From assembly GCA_964016885.1 (NCBI GenBank), contig CAXHJY010001202.1, positions 56,144 to 120,143 of the forward strand: 64,000 nt of DNA, given 5' to 3'. This DNA is from Eledone cirrhosa (taxonomy: Eukaryota). Numbering within the stretch: the stretch's first letter is position 1; every line of letters begins with the position of its first letter. This document shows positions 1-14,152 of the stretch, piece after piece. Below the pieces are notes generated by a model. That model was not told the origin of the DNA, made no database searches, and saw only the letters and a program-made list of their open reading frames with translations. The position numbers and the translations under genes are program-made.

Positions 1-499
1 AGAATCGCTGGACAGATTTTAGGGGCGAAACTGGTAGGAAACCCAGGAGGCCCAAGGGTGGACCCCCGAGCCAGATGTCGTGGTTAGTCACGCTTGGGGA
101 TCCTGCTTCTGACAGGACCCGTTTTGTAAAAATAGCTATACTTGTGCACGTGTGTAAGCATGTGTGTGTGTGTGTGTTATTAAACGTCTGTACGAAGCTA
201 AGAAGAAATGTGTGTGTATATGTGAATAAAAGAGTGTGTATGCTCATGTAAGTAGGAAGCTATGAGCAAAAGTATGTTAATGTAAGGGTGTGTATGTGTG
301 TATACAGAGCAGTGAAGGGAAAATGGAGTGAGCATATATAGTCGGCCTGTATTAGTTGTAAGAGAAGATGTTAATGATCAAGAGAAAGCGATAGGAATCT
401 AGGGTGTGATAATGGACGGGGTATTAAAGAAATTGACGTGAACCTAAACATACAGTGCTCACCTGGGTGAACCTACAGTAACTTCGTTACACTTCCTGG

Positions 500-533
<34 letters not shown>

Positions 534-536
<3 letters not shown>

Positions 537-803
537 AAAGTTCTATTTAAATTGTTGGGATACAACACGCAAATATTTTTATAACTGATATAAAGCACTC
601 AACAAGTATTTGGAGTAAACATACGATATTAACAAATGGAAACTATATTTATAAAACCATATTTATTTTATTATACATATTTCAAGGACACCACGTTAAA
701 TTATGGTCTGATGAAAGCATACCATAATTTAACGTGGTGTCCTTGAAATATGTATAATAAAATAAATATGATTTTATAAATATAGTTTCCATTTGTTAAT
801 ATC

Positions 804-807
<4 letters not shown>
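534..807. mobile_element. Penelope-like (PLE) pseudo-LTR remnant: unique tail plus 87-bp-arm palindrome with CTGATGA in the loop
   Basis: Arms 621-707 and 721-807 are reverse complements with 1 mismatch. The loop is ctgatgaaagcat. (TA)n on both sides. Related copy at 38161-38315. Confidence 0.6.
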
Positions 808-846
<39 letters not shown>

Positions 847-975
847 CTTACGTTATATGTGCATGCACATATAACGGCTCCCAAGAAGAGCGTTCCCGTT
901 AGAACAAGCATTGGAGTTGCCCTTCCCCTCTAATGCTTCTCTGGAGCTACATTCTACCTGTTCGGACTACACATG

Positions 976-1025
<50 letters not shown>

Positions 1026-1634
1026 TAATAAATACTCAAAAGATTTATTAAATTCATAAACAGTTTAATATAAGTGGCAATAAAGAAATGAAAAAAAAAA
1101 TGAGAAAATAAAAAATAAATTTAGCAACGAACGAAAGGAAATGTGGTGACTCATTGACAGACTATGCAGGTATGTTTCAGCTATACTCTGCGGGCAAAAT
1201 GGTGAAGGCATTACCGCAGAGTATGATATGGTCACCTACACTCGCTGCAACAGCCACACTGCCTCAAGACTCTCCTTCCTTTGAACGACATAATAAAAAC
1301 AGACGTTCGAGGCTGTCGGTTTCCTGTCATGAACTGGAGCATGTTGGTCACAACTGGGGTGATCATAGGCGTTCGGACAGTATAACCCTTTTTCCGTTCT
1401 AGGAAAAAATGAGCTATCTTGGGACACCAAGGATTCTTAAACATTCCTATATGCCAGCCTTATCACTTCGACCATAAATCCGTGATCTGCGGATAATTCC
1501 TTTTTCATCCTTGGACCTCTGACATTCTCCTCTACCAAATAGGGATTAGGAAATTAGACCTAAGGAAAGAAGGTAGCGTAGAGGATTCAGCAGATATCGC
1601 TGGCTTCTTCACAAGGCTTTTCTCATTGTCTGCA

Positions 1635-1808
1635 GGGCGGTGAATTGGCAGTATCCGTACAGTGTCAGACATCATGCTTTACAGCATAGTTATGGTCCAA
1701 ATCCCGCCGAGGTTAACTTTGCCTTTCATCCTTATGGGGTCGATAAAATAAAGTACCAGTAATGCTATGGGTAATTGCTGACCTTGTGCCAAAAGTAGAA
1801 ACAATTAT
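1635..1808 (+). mobile_element. tRNA-derived SINE with Nin-type core (dominant family in the window)
   Basis: A-box TGGCAGTATC, core gcctttcatccttatggggtcgataaaataaagtaccag, target-site duplication tgtctgcagggc at 1627-1638 and 1808-1819. Confidence 0.85.
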
Positions 1809-2714
1809 GTCTGCAGGGCCTAACTGAGAGTTGTTGAACATGCGTGAAGTGTGTTAGTTTTTGTCATCTTTAGTTGTTTTTTTTTCTATTTTGCTTTTGT
1901 AGTGTACATGCTTTTTTATCATTATCTATTCGTGTGTACCCTTGTAGCCTTAATCAAGCAGATTTATGATCACAAATATCACAGCCATGACATTTCTGCC
2001 TTTTTCCTATATGCAGATAGCCCAGGACTATCTTATCCTATTTGGCTATTTCTAAGATTGCGAAGTATGTTTTGGGGGAAATTTGGCTATTAGTTCTAGT
2101 GGGTCGAGTGACCACATAGAAGCTCCCACATTGACTCGTTCTAACCCGGTAATCTTCATCACTGTGTTAATATATCACATTAGTTAAAAGAGTAAAAGAG
2201 TAGTCTCATATTTTCAAACAATATCAAGCTATCCACTTGAATGTTACAGTTTCCAAACCATATTAATTGCCATGGTTACTGTGACGTAAAAGCCTACATC
2301 ACAAATCTTTCTTTCACTCTTTATTTTTATCTCCTATACCTTCCTTAATTCTCTGATACTGTTTATATCTTGTTTTATAGAAGATGACAACGGCAACTGG
2401 CTAATGCTTTTAAATTGCCAGCTTAAAGATCAGATCTTTGACGCTTAATATTTCGTTATCCTTGCTTCCTGTTTTGTTCTGAATCCCTAATATTTAAAGC
2501 TTCATATACAAATCAACAAAGGATAAATTGGAATTTATTGAATACAGTAGATAAGACCAATATATATGTAAGCTAATAACGTAAGATATCTAAATTTCGT
2601 AGTTGAATTATTGCAATGTATATTTGAATGTTTTTCACTAATATTAGCTTAGTCATGTCTGTTTTTCGGTCAGTCGAGAAAAATGACAACGAAAATAGAT
2701 ATCAAAATTATGCA

Positions 2715-2850
2715 TTTTATATAAGATACAATGCTCAAAAGACATCATTTTTTCACACAAAGAGGCATTAGCGAATGGAATAATTTTCCAGGTCATGTAT
2801 TAAACACTATAATTGTAAATGATTTTAAAAAATTAATATGAGAGTTATGT
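2715..2850 (+). mobile_element. Decayed CR1/L2 LINE 3' ORF2 fragment
   Basis: Translates as FFTQRGISEWNNFPGHVLNTIIVNDFKK, matching the FFxxRxxxxWNxLP...FK C-terminal motif of CR1-group ORF2. Confidence 0.55.
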
Positions 2851-3129
2851 GATAAATGGAGATATGGAAATCCATTTGATGAGAACTACAAGAGAAGAAA
2901 TACAAAGTAAAGTGGTTGTTGAATCTCTCTACCTATTTGGTGATATCAAACTGATATACCTCCTCTCTATATAAATATTCCTCTGCATTATGTATAAACT
3001 CGAAACCTATATTTTATCAAAAAGTATTATAGTGGTTACGAATGTTGTACTTCGTCGTATATAAACAGTTCTGAGCAATAGGCTAATTCAGGAAGATATA
3101 TAGAAAGAGATAATTAAAAAAATTTAAAT

Positions 3130-3352
3130 CTGTCTCACGTTCGAAGGCTCATCAAGCCGGTGATTATCCCGGTTTCCTTGGTGATTAGTGACTGTGAATA
3201 CTGCTAGTACTCATTTTCAGCCGAGTATACCGGACCAATGTGAAAGGAAGTGTTTTGTTCGAGAACACTACGCGGTACTATGTCCAGCAATCGAACCCTT
3301 GACATTATGATTATGAATCCAACTCTCTTACCACTAAACCATACGGCTTCAC
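3130..3352 (-). mobile_element. Old tRNA-derived SINE (second family)
   Basis: Minus strand shows A/B-box-like gtatggtttagtgg ... ggttcgattgc followed by a degenerate core. Confidence 0.5.
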
Positions 3353-3495
3353 AAAGAGAATGGAACTAATAATTTAATGTCTTAAACTTAAACACAGAAA
3401 ATATCATAGTACAGAGGAATGTTATGTAGAAGAGCTATACCAGTTTGCCCGTACATACATACATACGTACACACGCAGATGCATACATACATACA

Positions 3496-4659
3496 TGGTG
3501 GATGCCAACTCGTTTTCGAGTACGGCCACTACTTTATATCCATGTAGGAGAACCCCTACCGATGCGCTGAACGAGTGTGACTTTTTAGTCCAGCCAGCGA
3601 CTTGAAAACTCTGGTACAAACACTACACTTGTGACAATTATTGACACATAGTGCTGGGCCCATGGTACCATGTGACAAGTGCAGAGAGATCTCCAGATAT
3701 AAAGCAATGCCTGTGCCGTGAAGCTGTTATAGTGAGCAAAGGCACTGCACAAAGCCAGTCCCACTCTCTTAACCAAGATGATATTTACCAAAAAGAAGAA
3801 CAAGTCAACATCATTGGATACCATCAGAGTTGCAGGTGTTATATCAGAGTTTTCCTTCCCCTAGAATTCTGCCTTGACAAAGGCTAAGGGGTCATCTCTC
3901 CCGGTGATTTTGGATGGCCATTGACTCTTAAGAGCTCCTTTGCGCTTTGACAGGTTTTGTTTTTAGTCCTGCAGGATGTCCAAAGTCACCCTCCTCACCA
4001 AGAAATCTTGGTGGCGTTGCCAGTTTAGTCGCCAACGACCCGACCATGGGACAGGTTGTACTGGGATACATGTTACCAGTAGCACCAACTGGTGAATACA
4101 TACATACATACATACATGATGGCATCCCTCTCGTTATCGAGTATGGCCATTGCACGATATCCCATTATTTATAATTAATTAATTCTATCGTGCAATGCCT
4201 GTGCGTGAAGATTCTCTTTTAAAGTAAGGAAAGACTGTGCACTGAGCCAATCCCACTCTCTGAGCGACAGTAGATAGAACCCGAAAAGAAAAAAGATCAA
4301 TATCATCGGTAACTACTGAGCCGCAGGTTTTATGTCGTAGTTATCCCAGTTTCCTGAGTTGCCTTCTCCTAGAAGAATGCCCTGGCAAAGGCTAGGGGTC
4401 CTTCACTCCCAGTGGTTTAACCGCGCGATTGAATATCCAGCCTGATTACTTCTATGTCCCCGCGCTTATATATACATATGTATACATGTATATATATATA
4501 TATATATATATGATGGCCGTTGACTCTTATGAGTGCTTCCGCTCTTTGTCAGGTTTTGTTTTTTGTCCTGCGGAGTGTCCAAAAACTCCCTCCTCACCAA
4601 GTAAACCTGGTCGGGTTGCGGGTTTAGTCGCCGACGACCCAACTATGCGACATGTTGTC
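3496..4659 (-). mobile_element. Two tandem diverged copies (about 3496-4095 and 4118-4659) of a non-autonomous RTE-related element with (ATGT)n tails
   Basis: Collinear shared blocks, e.g. gatggccRttgactctta...ccctcctcaccaag...tttagtcgcc. Each copy abuts a (CATA)n run. The minus-strand end ...ctcgataacgagagggatgcc resembles RTE 3' ends. Confidence 0.55.
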
Positions 4660-4680
4660 CATACATACATACATACATAC

Positions 4681-7600
4681 AACAGTCAACGCGATCAGTC
4701 GCATATTTTGGTGTGGAAGACTATTTATTAAATTTAAGATGAATACTATCTCCGACAGTAATGCCACAACTACAGTCATGTTGAATAACTGGTTATTCTT
4801 CTAACTATATCTTCTGAAGACACCATTTATTTAAATTCGTAGAGATATCCGACTAAATACATAATTCATTTTACAAGGATTTGCTACAAACAGAATGGCT
4901 GAACACAACATCAACAACAAAATTAAGGAAGTACCGAAGACAAGGAAGGTAAACAAACTTTATTCAGTTGTAGCTACAGAAAAAAATCGAAATTATAAAT
5001 CGCATTTCTCTTGGAGTTGCAAACTTAATAATGATTTATTCAATTGTTATAAAATGGTAAAAAACAATCCGTCCATTGGCTATATGAACAGAATGAAGCT
5101 ACACTGGGACGAAATACACCCAGAGCTAAATTATTTCACAGCGAAACAATTACGCCAACAAGCGACGTTTGTTGAACGTAAAAATAAGATAAATATTATT
5201 AATTGTAAGTCTCCCACAAAAAACATGTTATCAACAACACATGCTACAGGTCGCCATGCTACTAGACTTCCTAGCAGCCAGGTCAAACAGTGCCTTGAAA
5301 CAACTATGCCTGTAAGAAACATGACACCACCTGTACCATCTAAGTCTACCTCGAATGTTGGGTAAAACACTATCGATAACAATAATAATCGAAGAAATAA
5401 TAATAATAATCGAAGAAATGTTACACTACGTATACCATCCGAGTCTACCTCGACTGTTGTGGAAAATACTATCGATAATGATAATAATCAAAAGTATAAA
5501 CAATTGAAATGTTCCCTCAACGAAATCTTCCAGAGAGAAATTAATTCATGTATAAATATCTCTCTTGCTGAACGTATTAAAACGACAATGTTTAATAAAA
5601 AAAACAAATAATGAAATATTACATGTTATTGACGAAATAGGGGATGAATATTTACGACAGATAAAAACCCCAACATTTTGGCAAATCAACGCTTGTTTAT
5701 ATGCCTTAGCAACGACATTGAAGCATTATCTTGGTGATAGCAGAGATATTAACAAGAACAAAACACCACCAAAAATACCATCATATATAACTAAAATAGA
5801 AAAAAGATTGCTGACCTACGAAAAAACACAGGACATGTGACAATGCTCCTTACATGCAAACAAACACAAAAAACCTCACTCCTCACCAACAAAGAATTAA
5901 AAATAAAATAGAGACGATGTTTGGTAACAGTAGAACCAGAACTCTCAAATATCACCCTCAAATAAGAATAGAGAGCTGTTAGCGAAAAACGCCAATACCT
6001 GAAGAAGGTAGATGAGAGAAAAGTGCTTAATAAAAGATTCAGACGAAACCAAACATCAGTCCATAGAGATATGAAGGGCAAAATAATAAGTGTCACTGAG
6101 GCCCCATCCCAGAAAGACATAGATTGCTTTTGGATAAAAATATAGGGTGAAAAGAAGAATTTCAACCAAGATGCAGTGTGGCTAAGAGAAATCCGAAAGA
6201 ACTATTACTCCTACACTACAACAAAAACATACGAAATAAGTGAGGTACCCTTGAGACTGTGATAGGAAAACTCCAAGGTAAGAAAATACCAGGAAGAGAC
6301 ATGATTGTCGGCTACTCGTAGAAAAAACTGATATTCTATCGGAGGTATCTTACTGACCTCTACCAACAAGTTCTTAAGGGAGATACACTTATACCAGAAT
6401 GGTTGACATTAGCACAAACATTACTGGTCCCCAAGAACAAAGACACCCACTTGGCAAAAAACTACCGACCCATTGCATGCCAGAACTTTATGTATAAGAT
6501 GTATACAGCCTGCCTGAACCTATTCCTCCAAGATCACTGTGAAAATAATAACATCATCACAGATGAACAAGCAGCTGGAAAGAAAGGGGTTTGGGGATGT
6601 GCTGAACAACTCCTAATCAACGGAACTGCAAGGTCGGAGGTGCGACAACTTAGGAGGAATATGGCTACAGTCAGCTGGACTACAGGAAAGCTTTAGATTC
6701 TGTTCCCCACTCTTGGATGAGAGAGGCCCTCCAACTTGCTAAAGTCCCAGACATTATTGTCAGAGCCATAGAGAGGCTGTCTTCTTCTTGGGCTACTATC
6801 CTAAGGTTAAAGACAAAGAGGGAGGACTCTATTTTCACTGATAAAATAATATATTGCAGGGGGATATTTCAGGGGGACAGTCTCTGTGATATTATTCATC
6901 TTGTCATTAAACACCTTGTCCTTTTGGCTCAAGAAATGTGAGGGATACATCATTGGCTCACAGGAGGACAGAAATACGAATCTAACCCATAATTTCTTTA
7001 TGGACGATCTGAAACTCTATGCCAAGAACATGGATGGGATGAAGAAAAATCTTGACCTGGTTACAACGCTCTCAAAGGACATAGGAATGGAGTTTGGCCA
7101 AGATAAATGCTCATACATGACTGTAAAGCGGGGAAAAACAAGAACTCAATATAGCAACATTGTCATCAACGGCCTAACTGTTTCACCGATATCTGATGAG
7201 GACTTCTACAGATACCTGGGGATAGATGAGAACATATCCTATAATGGTGTCTGTAATAAAGAACGCGTAACCAGGGAATACTACACCCGATTAAGAAAGA
7301 TCTGGTCATCGTAACTCTCTGCGCAAAACAAAACAGGGGCTCACAATGTGTTTGCTGTGCCTGTCCTAACACCAACGTTTGGAATACTCAATTGGACGAC
7401 AGACGAAATCCGAGCAGTTGATGTTGGAACTCGAAAAATACTGAACAACACCGGAAACTTCCACATCAACAGTGACATAGACCGCCTTTACTTGAAACGT
7501 AAGCAGGGAGGCAGAGGCCTAACATCAGTCCAGACAACATTTGAATGTCGCATCATATCTCTCCGACATCTACGAACCTCGAAGCGTAGGATCCCGTTTC

Positions 7601-8753
7601 TCGAGCAAGTCTATCTGCATGAAACAGATAAGATCATGAGAGTTGGGAAGGAACTCCTCGAGAGATATTCCGTGTGATAATCAAAAGCTCACACCCAGGG
7701 AAGTCGCTCAGCAGTATCGCAGTGAATCCATGGATGAAAAACTGCATACTTATCAACAAAAGATCATGCATGGATATGTTGCCAGGAAGCTCCAGAGTGA
7801 GAGTAATATAGATAAGGAAAGTAGTTTATCTTGAACCAACAACCGCTATATTGGCTCCCGTTTTGAAGGATACGCTTTTGCAATCCAGGAACAGGAGATT
7901 AGCACGAAATACCTGATTCACAAAAGAGATAGGGATGCAGGGAAAACATCTAGATGTGATAACAAGTGCAGACTCTGCAAAACTAACATCGAGGATATCA
8001 CCCATTTCATCAGCAGCTGTCCAAAGATGTCATCGCGGTACTATCTACCTATGAGGCATGATGTAGTGGCCAAAACACGGTACGGTTCGTAAAGAAGATA
8101 GCCTCGATAATAAACACATTAAAAGCTACAGCAATGTGGAAGATATCCATGTACATAATATGAAAGAGTACTGGTGGAATGTTCCAGTAAAAGCCCCAAT
8201 AAAATGCAGGCATAACAGACCAGCTATTATGATATGGGACAGGGAAAAGAAAACATGCACAGTAGTGGAAATTAGCTGCCCAGCAGATGCAAATATAATA
8301 TCAAAGATTAGTGAAAAGGAGAATATTTATGCAGAACTGATGAGAAATCTGCAGATACTCCACCCTGATTACACGTTCAGATTTATGTCTGTGATTATTG
8401 GGGCACTGGGATATGTTAGTTACTGCCTCAATACGAATCTTGAGAAGCTAGGCTTCACAGGAACAGAAAGAACACAACTAGTTAGGAAATTACAAGTACA
8501 ATCCATTAATGGAACAGTAAAAATATGTAAAACATTCCAAAAATGTTCCACCTAATAATTGTATATACACATGCACACATAAAACTCAAAGCATACACAT
8601 CCACACATACAATAACATCCATATCTAAACATGCATACATACATATCTACCTAGGTAATGTTGTGTAAGTTCCAATGAGAGAGTCTTGTGTCTATGTTAG
8701 AAACCGACCCTCTCTCTATTGGTAAAACTTTGTGAAATTATAAAACCAGAAGA
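4681..8753 (+). mobile_element. Near full-length R4/Dong-like non-LTR retrotransposon (RT plus C-terminal restriction-like endonuclease), inactivated by frameshifts and stops
   Basis: ORF pieces 4895-8555 carry RT motifs NYRPIAC, QAAGKKG, DYRKALDSVPHSW, GIFQGDSL and FMDDLKLY, a zinc finger CRLCKTNIEDITHFISSC, and RLE region HNRPAIMIWDREKKTCTVVEISCP. (CATA)n at both ends. Confidence 0.9.
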
Positions 8754-9274
8754 ACATACATACGTACGTACGTACGTACGTGCATGCATACATACAAACA
8801 AAATATAGCAGGCATAGAGTGGATGCCTCGCTAACGTTCCATAACTAGATGTGTGAACAGAGAACTATTCATAATATGAATTCCTGGTCATACCACATTT
8901 TTTAATGTCAATAATAAAAAGTAGCAGTTCGTACCGGCATCGATTCTTCCTCTATATCTCATTCTTACTTCTCTCTCTCTTCTCTCGAAAAAATCGGCTG
9001 TGTTCAGATCTGCATAGGTGATGGGCTCCACCAGGTTTAAAACGCCGTATGTCATGGCGGCTCTTTTGTGATTCCATCAGCTGTTACGGGTCCATACTTA
9101 CAAATTTTATCTTATATATTTTTGTTGCAAAATATTGTTTTTTAAAACGAGTAATTGATAAAAATCAGCATTTTTATTCCAGTCAATCAGCGTCAACTTT
9201 TCTCATCCTCCTATTTTTAATATAATTATCACCTGCACAATAATCAATGCCTTCTTCGCCATATTTCGTCCTCT

Positions 9275-9545
9275 ACTTCTTCTTCTTTTCGTATTCGAAG
9301 CGCCAGTTTCCCATTTCTTTACACAGTCCTTTGCATTATTATTAAATTCTGCGAGATCTTTTAACCTGCACTGGTTGGGTAGTAGAGGGCAAACAAGGCA
9401 GTGCTGCATCGTATGGTCCTCTTCTCCACATTCGCAGATGGTTGGGCCGATCTTGTAGCCCCATCTGGCCATAGCAGCTTTTGATCACCCCATTCCTGTT
9501 CTCAGGCGGTGAGTGTCTTCCACTGGACCCATGGTGCTTCCTTTA
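9275..9545 (-). mobile_element. Vingi/Ingi-like LINE 3' fragment
   Basis: RLRTGMG..KAAMARWGY..CECGEEDHTMQHCLVCP C-terminal zinc motif, followed by tail ...tacgaaaagaagaag. Confidence 0.6.
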
Positions 9546-9645
9546 CTAACAACGCAATACCTTCTCAGAGAGAATAACGACTCCCTTATCGTTATTATAT
9601 ATCCTGACAGCACCAGCTAAGTCACTTCAACCACCAACTAACTAC

Positions 9646-9840
<195 letters not shown>

Positions 9841-10108
9841 CATGATGAATCGTTCTAGTCTATCTTACAAACAAAATTTGACATTGGTGATTGGATTCCA
9901 AAGTTTGATGGGAAAATAGGGATGACAGTAGTGGTGGTGGTGGTGGTGGTGGTGGTGGTGGGAAGTATTAGTGGTGCAGTTCTCGCTGACAAAAGAAGAA
10001 TTACATGAAGCCAACAAACATGAAGACAATCATTCAATTATTTTCATGACTGATTGTGCCGCCATGTCTCGCTGGAATATTATATGGACGCCATTTTGTG
10101 GAATATTT

Positions 10109-10152
<44 letters not shown>

Positions 10153-10200
10153 ACTCTCTCATCGCTCTCTTCACTTTCTCATCGCTCTCTTTCTTTCTCT

Positions 10201-10242
<42 letters not shown>

Positions 10243-10554
10243 GTCTCTCTCCGCTCTCTTTCTTTCTCTCCCACGCACGCTATTTTTTTGTTTCAATACA
10301 ACATCCCGTGACAACTTAAATTTAGAAATGAGTCAAAGATGCAACATCCATCTTAAAGATGTTTTCTTATTCTTCTATACAAAACAAACATCTAGTTTAT
10401 CAAAGCAGTTTTCAAATACTGAAAAAAAATTAAAGTGAATGAGAGAATGTACATGCTTAAGTTTATGGTTTCGTTTGAAAATGAATGTTTATGCGTTTAT
10501 TACATGAGTGAGCATAAAGTAATAGAAGAAATAGAAAGGTATATAGAGAAATGG

Positions 10555-10635
<81 letters not shown>

Positions 10636-10954
10636 AAGATTGAAGAATAACATGGTCGGCTGTACAACAAGGGGCTTTATTTCAAGTATTAACAATTGTT
10701 TCATTGATAAAGTGAGTCTAGAGGCCGCTAATCACTCGAACTTGCGTCACTCCACCTCCAACATGTGTTTACCTCTGATCAAATCCTCAGAATACGAAAG
10801 AATTCACATATGGCATGGTATATATATAGAGAGATACAACGTAGAATCAAAACAATAACATCAATAATAAAATATAATGATAAATAGGTAAAGAAGTTAC
10901 AGATGTAAAAAGTAAGAAAATAAAAAAGTAAGAAAATAAAAAAAATATAAAGAA

Positions 10955-11011
<57 letters not shown>

Positions 11012-11057
11012 GAGAGAGAAAAGGGAGTAAGTGGGGAATGGTTGAAAGCTATTTTCT

Positions 11058-11445
11058 CAGTAATAATTCTTTCTAACATTGGTACAAAGCCAATAATTTT
11101 GGAAGAAGGGAAAGTCGACCAAATCGACACCAGTATTTAACTGGTACTCTATTTTATCGAACTCAGACGGGTGAAAGGCAAAGCTAACCTCGGCGGAATT
11201 TGAACTTAGAACGTAAAGGGCTGTAGCTATATACCACAAAGTATACGCTTTACCAATACTGCTAATTGGCTGCCCTTATTTTATCAGTAATAATTGTTTC
11301 TACATATGACTCATGGCCAGCAATATAGCTATATGAAGGGAAGAGGAATATTGATTAAATCGATCGTAGTGCGTTACTAGTACTTTATTTTATCAACCCC
11401 TATAAGAATAAAAGGCAAAGCTAACCTCGGCGGGATATGAACTCA
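11058..11445 (-). mobile_element. Nin-core SINE copies (one near complete, one partial)
   Basis: Reverse complement of the SINE core and B box (aaaggcaaagctaacctcggcgg...gaact). Confidence 0.75.
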
Positions 11446-11496
11446 AAACTATTTTGTCAGTAATAATGTATGTTCACGAGTAGGAACAGCTAGAAA

Positions 11497-11694
11497 TCTT
11501 CATATACTATACACTAACAGTGAAACGAAGGATTTGGTGTATCTGGAAGATATTTTACTGTTTTTTGTTTTGTCAAACACACACCGAGGTCTCGCCTCAT
11601 ACTGTAAACTAGACAAACATCCTATACAATCATTTTCTCTTCTACCTGTCTTCTCTTATCTGTTTACCCGGACGAAGCTGGGTACATCAGCTAG
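11497..11694 (+). mobile_element. Short non-autonomous Helitron
   Basis: A|TC 5' end. Subterminal hairpin acccgg-acgaag-ctgggt, then CTAG|T at 11691-11695. Confidence 0.6.
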
Positions 11695-12756
11695 TAAATT
11701 TTTTTTTATCGATTGATTAACAAAATCCCAGACTTCATTCGCTTACAGAGAGTAGTGAACCTCGTCGAATAGGACCCAGGAAACAATGTTCCCATTGGTC
11801 ATTCCATTGCTGATATTATCTACCGGTAGCAAACAAGAGTAAAGTAAAACACCACCACTAGGAATATACTCGAAGTAAATCGATGTGGCTGACTTCACTT
11901 AGTAAATTGACACCTTAGTCTAATGACTTACTCCTACCACTGAATACTAAATAGCCATATCTTCCATTACTTGCCTACCTCTTGCCATCGTTTGTACATC
12001 ATATGCTCACTTATAACCTGACTTCCAGCATCGTGTTCCACGCAATGGCGAACATATCAAAGCAAAAACAAAAGAGTATTACACTTAAATATCTGTCTGA
12101 TGACAACATATATGATTGTTACGTAACCACATTAATGTCTTTGAAATGTGCATAACAGGATGAAAAATAAAAAGGGGATGTATATGTGATACTTTTTTTT
12201 ATAATATTTGCACTCCGTTTGTTACCTTGTCGTGGAGTGCTTACATCTGTTTACACCAAAGTCGGTCGATTGTTAGAGCGTCGGACAAATGCTTAGCAAT
12301 ATTTGCTTCGGTTTTTTACTTTCAGAGTTCAGGTCCCGCCGAGACACACTTTACGATTCATCCTTTCGCGTTCAATAAAATAAGATTCTAGTCGAGTACT
12401 GAGGTCAATGTAACTGACCTGCCCGTTTCTCCAAAATTTCTGGCCTTGTGCCAAAATTAGAAACCATATATTTAATGCGAAGAAATACCTATGATGGCTA
12501 GTAGACCACTGATTATGGATAGTCCTGGCTTCTATTTCTAATTCTTCATTTTAATTTGTATATCACATTTGCAACAACACAGCACGCCATTTTTCATTCC
12601 TATATATATATATATATATACACGAGCGTGACACGGTCACCCGACCCAACTCGCCTCAAATGGGAGAAGCCCGTCTAACCCATGCTAGCGTGGAAGATAG
12701 ACGTTAAACGATAATGATGATGATGATATTATATATATAGAGAGAGAGAGGGGGAG

Positions 12757-12819
<63 letters not shown>

Positions 12820-14082
12820 GAAGCAGGCAAGCAGGGAGAGATATAAACAGACCAAGACAGACAATTTTTTTCTCGCTCAGCCTATGAATTTGTTTTACAT
12901 GTTTTTGTAATACTCTCGTAAAAGACAAAGCAATCCAAATTTCTTATAGATTTTTCTGCTGTCGTTTCAAGATTTTTCTCTTTCTTTAGTTTCTATCGTA
13001 ATCAATTTATTTATCAGAATTCTTTTGTCATATTTTCTGGGGTTTTATTTTGTTATGTTTTCCCATTACGTTCTCACTGATTATGACGTTTTATAATTTT
13101 ATGTATTGTCTTCTATTGTCATATATATACAGCGATGTTCCCTGTTTGTCATTTCAATCATATGAATACATATGAATGTTATTGATATTGTTTCAAGACT
13201 AGATAGCGGATGATGGTTGGATAGATACAATCGGTAGAGTGGCGATCAAAATGATTTGCGGTATTTGGTTACATTCTTTACATTTTAAGGTTATTTGTTT
13301 TAAATGGCATTTTTTATGTTTTACTGTTTAATCAAAGAAGGAAGAGTGATGTCTATGCTCTTTTGCATGGGCTTCGAAACTGATTGGATCCAAGGGCTGG
13401 CTAGTTGTGTTAAATGGGTGACGGATTAAGTCTACCATCCAAGTAGATCACAGTAAAATTTGGACTCAAAACACAAAGAAACAGAACGATGAGCACAAGG
13501 CATCTCGTCCCATACTCTGACAATTCCGCCAATCCACTGCCCTGGATTGGTACTTTGTTTTATTGAAACCCAAACATCATGCTAGCTAAAGTTGACCTCG
13601 ACGGGATTTCAACCCCGAGCGAAGACAACTGAACAAACAAATACAGAAAGATCAGGTATACGTATTTCTTATATATGATAACGTTTTCGCAATAAATGTA
13701 TAAGTTTATGCACTTGGATGACATCAATGGAGTGAAGACTGGTATGCATGGGTGACTGCTGGTCTTAGCACACAAATACTTTACTCGGACTTGTACCTCG
13801 GTGGGGAACATTCTGGGTGCGAAACCCATTGACATTCGTGATTGAAGGGAGTCTTTTACCCTTTGCTTCTTTTACTAATACTACTTCTTACTAGGCAGCG
13901 GCGAATTGGCAGAGTCGTTAGGTCGGCAGATAAAATGCTTTGCGGTATTCATTCTGCTTCTCTGCGCTCTGAATTCAAATCCAGTCGCGGTCAAGTTTAG
14001 CTTTAATCTTTTCGAGGTCGATAAAATGTACCAGTCCAGAACTGAGACCAACTTTCTTCCCTCTGTACCTTTTTCTTACTTC

Positions 14083-14149
<67 letters not shown>

Positions 14150-14152
<3 letters not shown>

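Noticed and set aside
1154-1620. Coding-like unique segment with short ORFs on both strands
   Set aside because: Multiple stops in all frames and no motif I recognise. Cannot be assigned without BLASTx.
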